Of a stretch of DNA of 64,000 nucleotides, positions 58,402 to 64,000 are shown in pieces (position 1 is the first letter of the stretch; each line of letters begins with the position of its first letter). This DNA comes from Schizochytrium sp. TIO01 (taxonomy: Eukaryota; Protista; Bigyra: Labyrinthulomycetes). Below the pieces are notes generated by a model. The model worked only from the letters and a program-made list of their open reading frames with translations, made no database searches and was not told the origin of the DNA. Both the position numbers and the translations under genes were made by a program. Location of the stretch: contig SMSO01000033.1 of NCBI GenBank assembly GCA_004764695.1, positions 372,001-436,000 on the forward strand, in the 5' to 3' direction.

Positions 58402-60144
58402 TTAAATTGATGTCCAGGGAACTTCAGGGTCGTAGGGTAAGCCCTCGCCGTTGAGCATTCGTTGCACGCCTTCAACAGGACCAGAAGACTTTACAGAGAG
58501 TTTGCCCATTTCCTCAGCAGCTCGTTGTTTTTCTAACGCTGTGCGGATTTCGTGCGGGTGATTCATGTTCTGGTGGTGATGCTGCGATTGTGCTTCCATA
58601 TGCGAACCTTGCGAGCGTTGAGCGCCATTTGCTTCTTCGTCAACAGGCTCAGCACGATGTTGCGACAAGTCTTCGAAAATGTTGGCCATAGAGACCTTTG
58701 AAAGGCGTTCTCGAAAGGCGCTAAACATTTGGCGTTGCGCACTCCAAAGAGCTGAGAGCTCTTCCTGGATCTGCTCCACCGTAATTCCTTGCTCCTCAGC
58801 CTCCCCAGCGTCAGGCATAAGTGGAAGATCACTTGAGTCCTCTGTTGTGCCTAAAGGCTGCTTCGTTGCTTGAGACATAACAGGCTCTCCATTCAGTGAT
58901 TCTTGAAGTCTGGTCTGAGCTGATTTGATTGCTCCAACAATCCAATCTTGTGCTAGTGCTAAGGCATTCGGCTCTACAGGTTGTGCAGTTGTTCCAGCCG
59001 GAGCGGCCATCCCACCTGCTGACGCATAAGAAGCAAAGCTGCCGGGTGGTATCCCTTGATGGTCCTGTGGTGGTTGTTGCTGTTGTTGCTGGCGTTGATA
59101 TTGTTGGTATTGTTCATACTGTCTCTGTTGCAGTTCTTGTTGCTGCTGCATCCAAAGCTGTTGTTGCTGCATCTGCTGTTGTTGCAGAAGTTGCTGGCGT
59201 CTTTGATACGCATCCAGGTCCGGGGCATACGATGAGAGAAAGCTCGAAAGAAACCCGAATTTGGGCTCCATTGGTGGCGGCTTGGGAGGTAGAACGCCAA
59301 TATCTTCAAGCCAGGGTGCAACACCAAGAGTTTCTAGTAGTGTACGGTCCACTTGGCCGGAGCGCACCCCTGCCAAGAAAGTGATTGGTCCCACCACGAA
59401 GAACATTCCGGAGAGAAGGGCTGACAGGCTCAAGAGTAGCCTTGCACAGCACCCAAGACGACTTCCAGACCGAGCGTTCTTGCCTTTACTTTTGCGACTT
59501 TTTTCTTCGCGCTTGCTATCTTTACGTTTCGAAGATTTCTTTGCTTTTCGCGAAAACGTCTCGCGCCTTTTCTTGCTCTCAGAGTCAGAACTACTTTCGC
59601 TTGCTTGAGTCGCTAACCGCCTTATCTCGGATGAAGGTGTGACAATCTTTTGCAAAGCCGGTGCAATATCTGCGAGAGGCACCCCTACATTGTGAGAGCT
59701 CTGTGGATCCTCATCACTATTGATAATCTCGTCTTCTCCTAATTCCTTCTCGATTAACTCTTCCTCAGTAGCACCAAGGCCTTCACCTTCTACACAGCGC
59801 TCTCCATGTGCAGTATCTGACTCCTGTGTTGTCTCTTTATGTGCATGCTTCACTTCGGTACGCTTCAAGGTTCTAGTGCTCGGCTCCTTCGTGTCTTGAG
59901 TAATCTCCTCCTCGTCAAGAGTCTCGCCGCTATTTGCGCTGCTCTTTCGTCTCCTCGCCCTCCTGCGCTCTTTCCTGACCTCATTCTCATCACGCCAGAT
60001 TTCCTGCGCTTCCTCAGTCGCACGCATCGTTCGCATTCGATCCAGTTGCAGAATTGATTCATATTTCGCGATGTGCACAGATTTTGCAAACTTGTGTACT
60101 TTCCCTCCAACTTTTGCTTCTGTGCCCCTCCTACACTTAACCAT
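58402..60144 (-). CDS. Hypothetical membrane protein with Gln-rich region (start uncertain)
   Basis: 580-aa ORF with a charged N-terminal half, a hydrophobic segment LLLSLSALLSGMFFVVGPITFLAGV and a poly-Gln-rich stretch. No family recognised. Confidence 0.7.
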   Translation of the reverse strand: MVKCRRGTEAKVGGKVHKFAKSVHIAKYESILQLDRMRTMRATEEAQEIWRDENEVRKERRRARRRKSSANSGETLDEEEITQDTKEPSTRTLKRTEVKHAHKETTQESDTAHGERCVEGEGLGATEEELIEKELGEDEIINSDEDPQSSHNVGVPLADIAPALQKIVTPSSEIRRLATQASESSSDSESKKRRETFSRKAKKSSKRKDSKREEKSRKSKGKNARSGSRLGCCARLLLSLSALLSGMFFVVGPITFLAGVRSGQVDRTLLETLGVAPWLEDIGVLPPKPPPMEPKFGFLSSFLSSYAPDLDAYQRRQQLLQQQQMQQQQLWMQQQQELQQRQYEQYQQYQRQQQQQQPPQDHQGIPPGSFASYASAGGMAAPAGTTAQPVEPNALALAQDWIVGAIKSAQTRLQESLNGEPVMSQATKQPLGTTEDSSDLPLMPDAGEAEEQGITVEQIQEELSALWSAQRQMFSAFRERLSKVSMANIFEDLSQHRAEPVDEEANGAQRSQGSHMEAQSQHHHQNMNHPHEIRTALEKQRAAEEMGKLSVKSSGPVEGVQRMLNGEGLPYDPEVPWTSI

Positions 60145-62089
60145 ACCTGGGCCCTAGTCATCATCGTTTCACTCGCTCGCTCGCCATTCTCTACTTTACC
60201 CAACCCTATAACTCACTTTCCCCCCACCTTACAGTCAAGCTTTCCCAATTCTCTACTATGCCAACCTCCATTTGCCTCTATTCCCCACTTGCCACCGCTA
60301 TACTGTGCTTCTCCCATCCCTATACTCTACTTTCGGGGCGTATAACCTATTGTTTGGAGGACCCCCTTGTTCTAATACGTTCTCCAGGCGTTCTTTTAAT
60401 GGTTCCTCAGCGTTCTCCACCACTGATTACTATGGGCCCATGATCGAGTGGCGCCGAGGCGTCCTCCCTTTATTCTATGCGCGAGGGCCATTCTCTACTG
60501 TAGGGGCTATTCTGCGCTTTCTTCAAGTAGACTATTCTGCTATAGCCTATTGTGGAGATGTGCAGCGCAAGTGGGTTATAGCGCCCTCCTGGCCCTAACG
60601 GTGCGTAGGTGAGTGCTACGCTTGCCCAGCACTCGTGTTGTGAGCTTGTAAAAGTTTTGGCGCAGCTGCGGTCTCCGTTGCTTCGACCCACGGAGCGTGG
60701 TCGGTAATCGATGAGAAGCGTGGATGAGTCGGCACTCTTCTGGCAAGCCGGAGCTGACCATGTGGAGTCACGTGCTGCTCCGCGGGTTCGGGTGGACCTG
60801 CATTTGCTTCTTCTCGTTTCCCGTTGGTTTTCACTTCATGAGCATTGCAACTATGGAGAGGCCTTTGGAGGCGTACTAGCGTTTTCCGTAGCGCACGTAG
60901 CTAGGAGGTAGCTAGTGTGAGAGATAGAGAGATATAGAGATATAGAGATACAGTGATACAGTGAGTGAAAGGTACATGAATGACACATGAATCGCGATGG
61001 AAACGAAGTCATTCGTAGACTCACGTGGATCAATCGATCAAGAGCGAATGGGGAAACCAGAGAAGCCAAGCCCTGGCCGCGTAGTCCCTCGTCCCAATGC
61101 ACCTAGCTAGGCATGGCAGGCACGAAGGGATGCATGAAAGTATGTATGCATATGTTTGGATGTATGTGTAAGTGGGTGTGTCTGTATGTACTTACTTGTC
61201 AATTAATTCTTTCTCCTCGATTCTTTGGGAATGAAATGAAAAGTTCTGTTTCTCTCTGTGTTTCTTTGGGCTTGCTTCTCCTGTTTCTCCACTTGCATGA
61301 TGCCGTATACTCCACTTGGGCGATGGATGTTTGATAGTAAGAGCGATGTTTGTTTCATTGTGTGGGTGTTTGCTCTACTGTTGGTCTCTTCGATCGTGTG
61401 ATTGTAGTTAATTTGTTAGTTAGTTAGTTGGTTAGTTAGTCGATTAGTTAATTAGTTAATTAGTCAATTAGATAGATAGATAGTAAGTTAGTTAGTTAGT
61501 TAGTTTGTTCCTTTGATTGTTGTTTCTTTGATTGTTTTGTTTCTTTCGCTCTTCTGCGCTGCGTGGCGGTTGGCATTCCTTCCCTCGCGAGACTGCGCGG
61601 CGTTGTGGAACGCAAGGTAGCGAGGCGAGCAGATTAACTGCTGGCGACTGTATCGGAGCACGCAGCGGCACCTCGGCCGCGAGCTCTACTCGCGACATCC
61701 TTGATCCGGGTTTCATTTCGTCATCATCGTCCTCCACGGCAGCGACGTCGTTGGAGCCAGAAACAAGCCGATCTAACTTGAGAAAGCTTGCGCTCGCTCT
61801 CGCCGAGACGGTCTTGAGTTAAATCCCCATCCGTGGATCATAAATTGCTGCCCATCAAGCATCGTGCTTGAAGCCCTTTTCTTATCGTCGGAATTGATTT
61901 GATCGAGTTGACAAACTCCGTCAAATTCAGCCCAAGAGCACTTTCTAACCTCAACAACAACAGCTACAAGGGACCAAAACTAAAAGAAACGAATTCTGCG
62001 TTGTAGATTCGTCTCGAATTGCTGATTCTTAGACATTTCACGAGCATTCCTTTTATTTGTGTTTGAGTTATCAAATTTTGCAAGATAAT

Positions 62090-64000
62090 ATGCAAGGTGG
62101 ATCCGATGCGAGTAAGGGAGATGGATTTGCGCCGCTGAAGTTCAAGTCCAAGCGGAAGACTAAGTCCAAGAACTACAATCAGGTCTTGGGCGGTCTTGCT
62201 GCGGCCAGCAAGACCCCGTCCTCCACGACCCCCCCACCTTCCCAAGCCCCGGCCCCCGCTGCAGAGGCTGCCCCCAAGCCCGTTGCAAACAAGATTTTCT
62301 CTCAGCAGCCCAGCACTCTTCACTCTAGCCAGACTTCATCTTTGCTCCAGTCTCAGCAGCAGCAGCCTGAAAAGCAGCAGCAGCCCGAGCCAGTGCAGCA
62401 GCAGCAGCCTGAACCTGCGCAGGTGCAGCAGCCTGAACCTGCTCAGGTGCAGCAGCAGCAGCAACAACAGATTCATCACCAGCAGCAGCAAATGCACCAC
62501 CAGCAGCAGATGGCACAACCTTACTACGGTCATCAGAACATGAGCCACATGCAGTACCCTGGCCAGTACATGGCTCAAGGCATGATGCAGCCGCAGGCCA
62601 TGGGTATGATGCCAGACATGAGCATGCTCGCAGCGCAGCAGGCCCAGATCGCACAGATGCAAATGCAGCTTCAGATGCACCAGCAGCCAATGCAGATGTC
62701 CGCTCCCGACATGTACCAGCAACAGCAGGCCCAAATCGAGGCTCTCCAAGCTCAGATTGAAGCCCTCAAGATGCAGCAGCAGCAGCCGCAACAGCCTCAA
62801 CAACCCCAACAACAGCCTCAACAGCAGGAACCCGTTGCATCGCAGAGAAAGCCTCAACAGCAAAATCAGCAACGCGAGCCTAGACAACCACGTGAACCTC
62901 GCGAGCCCCGCGAGCCTCGCGAACCGAAGGCATTCAAGCCCCGGAAAGGAGGTCCCCAGCTGCCGCCTCCGTCGAACGGCAACACTGACGACAACAACGG
63001 CGATATTCCTGCTCCCGTGCAGCCTCATGCCCCCGGTGGGAGCAGTGCATGGGCAAAGCCCAAGACATGGGTAGCAGAACGCTCGAACGAAGATGACGAA
63101 GACGAGGATCTTGAGGACCTCCCGTACGGTGACCCTGATTCTACAGCGGACAATTTCGTGACCAAGTCCGACAAGCAGGGTTGGATGTACCGCAACAAGG
63201 ACAAGAAGGAGGCCCGCGAACAGATGGAGCGCGAGCTCTTCGGAGAGGAGCGCCACATGAGCGCTGGTCTCGATTTCGACAAGTACGATGATATCCCCGT
63301 GGAATCCTCAGGTCATGGCATTCCAGACCCGCTCGACACCTTCCTCGACGCCAACTTCTGCAAACCTTTGCTGGACAACATCCAGCGAGCAAAGTACACG
63401 CGCCCTACTCCCATCCAGAAGCACGCAATCCCAATGGCTATGAGTGGTCGCGATGTCATGGCATGTGCCCAAACAGGATCCGGAAAAACTGCTGCATTTC
63501 TGTTTCCCATTATCCATGGAATTATCTCTGAAAATCTTGGCTCGGGAGGCGGAAACAACGGTGGCCGTGGAGGCCGTGGAGGCCGTGGAGGTGCCAATAA
63601 CTCAGGCGGAAACGGAGCTTTCGGAGGTGGAAGATCGTATGGAAGAAGGCAAGCAATGCCGGCAGCCCTTGTTTTGGCACCCACCAGAGAACTTGCATCT
63701 CAAATTCATGATGAGGCAATGAGGTTCACGTACCAAACATCAGTGAGGTGCATCGTGGCTTACGGAGGAGCTGATATTCGCATGCAGATGGATGAACTTG
63801 CCAGAGGATGTGGAGTGATTGTAGCGACACCTGGACGTCTTGTGGATTTGATCGAACGCGGAAGGGTATCGCTGAGAAGTATTAAGTACCTTGTGCTTGA
63901 TGAGGCTGACCGCATGCTTGACATGGGTTTTGAGCCGCAGATTCGTAAGATCGTGCAGGCATACGACATGCCGCAGGATGATGCGAGCAAGGGTGGAAGG
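62090..64000 (+). CDS. DDX3: DDX3/Ded1-family DEAD-box RNA helicase, 3'-truncated by the window edge (absent from the ORF track)
   Basis: Open frame from ATG 62090 (MQGGSDASK) to the window end: GLDFDKYDDIPVE, YTRPTPIQKHAIP, MACAQTGSGKTAAFL, LAPTRELA, ATPGRLVD and LDEADRMLDMGFEPQIR. Confidence 0.95.
   Translation, partial: MQGGSDASKGDGFAPLKFKSKRKTKSKNYNQVLGGLAAASKTPSSTTPPPSQAPAPAAEAAPKPVANKIFSQQPSTLHSSQTSSLLQSQQQQPEKQQQPEPVQQQQPEPAQVQQPEPAQVQQQQQQQIHHQQQQMHHQQQMAQPYYGHQNMSHMQYPGQYMAQGMMQPQAMGMMPDMSMLAAQQAQIAQMQMQLQMHQQPMQMSAPDMYQQQQAQIEALQAQIEALKMQQQQPQQPQQPQQQPQQQEPVASQRKPQQQNQQREPRQPREPREPREPREPKAFKPRKGGPQLPPPSNGNTDDNNGDIPAPVQPHAPGGSSAWAKPKTWVAERSNEDDEDEDLEDLPYGDPDSTADNFVTKSDKQGWMYRNKDKKEAREQMERELFGEERHMSAGLDFDKYDDIPVESSGHGIPDPLDTFLDANFCKPLLDNIQRAKYTRPTPIQKHAIPMAMSGRDVMACAQTGSGKTAAFLFPIIHGIISENLGSGGGNNGGRGGRGGRGGANNSGGNGAFGGGRSYGRRQAMPAALVLAPTRELASQIHDEAMRFTYQTSVRCIVAYGGADIRMQMDELARGCGVIVATPGRLVDLIERGRVSLRSIKYLVLDEADRMLDMGFEPQIRKIVQAYDMPQDDASKGGR

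Overview
Gene-dense, intron-poor eukaryotic nuclear DNA with GT-AG introns and CTAAC-like branch points. Gene content (flagellar genes, calmodulin ending MMMSK) and gene style suggest a flagellated stramenopile such as a thraustochytrid; this is an inference. About 21 protein genes are supported: SMC4, an ankyrin protein, a very large PP2C, calmodulin, SUMO, a MAK/ICK kinase, RPS5, an AKTIP-like E2 variant, a membrane-anchored cyclophilin-like protein, CEP72-like, asd, FAM135, ARL6/BBS3, CCDC113, FolC/FPGS, a PX protein, NudC, a DDX3/Ded1 helicase running off the right edge, and three hypothetical proteins. There are several microsatellites and a few decayed reading frames. No tRNA, rRNA, CRISPR array or intact transposon was recognised. 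The standout is a ~190-nt structured element just upstream of folC. It carries most SAM-I (S-box) riboswitch sequence hallmarks in the right order, has a compensatorily swapped P3 and an altered ligand-pocket nucleotide, and overlaps a predicted branch point and tandem 3' splice sites. It is a candidate non-TPP eukaryotic splicing riboswitch, unverified and with a poorly supported P1.
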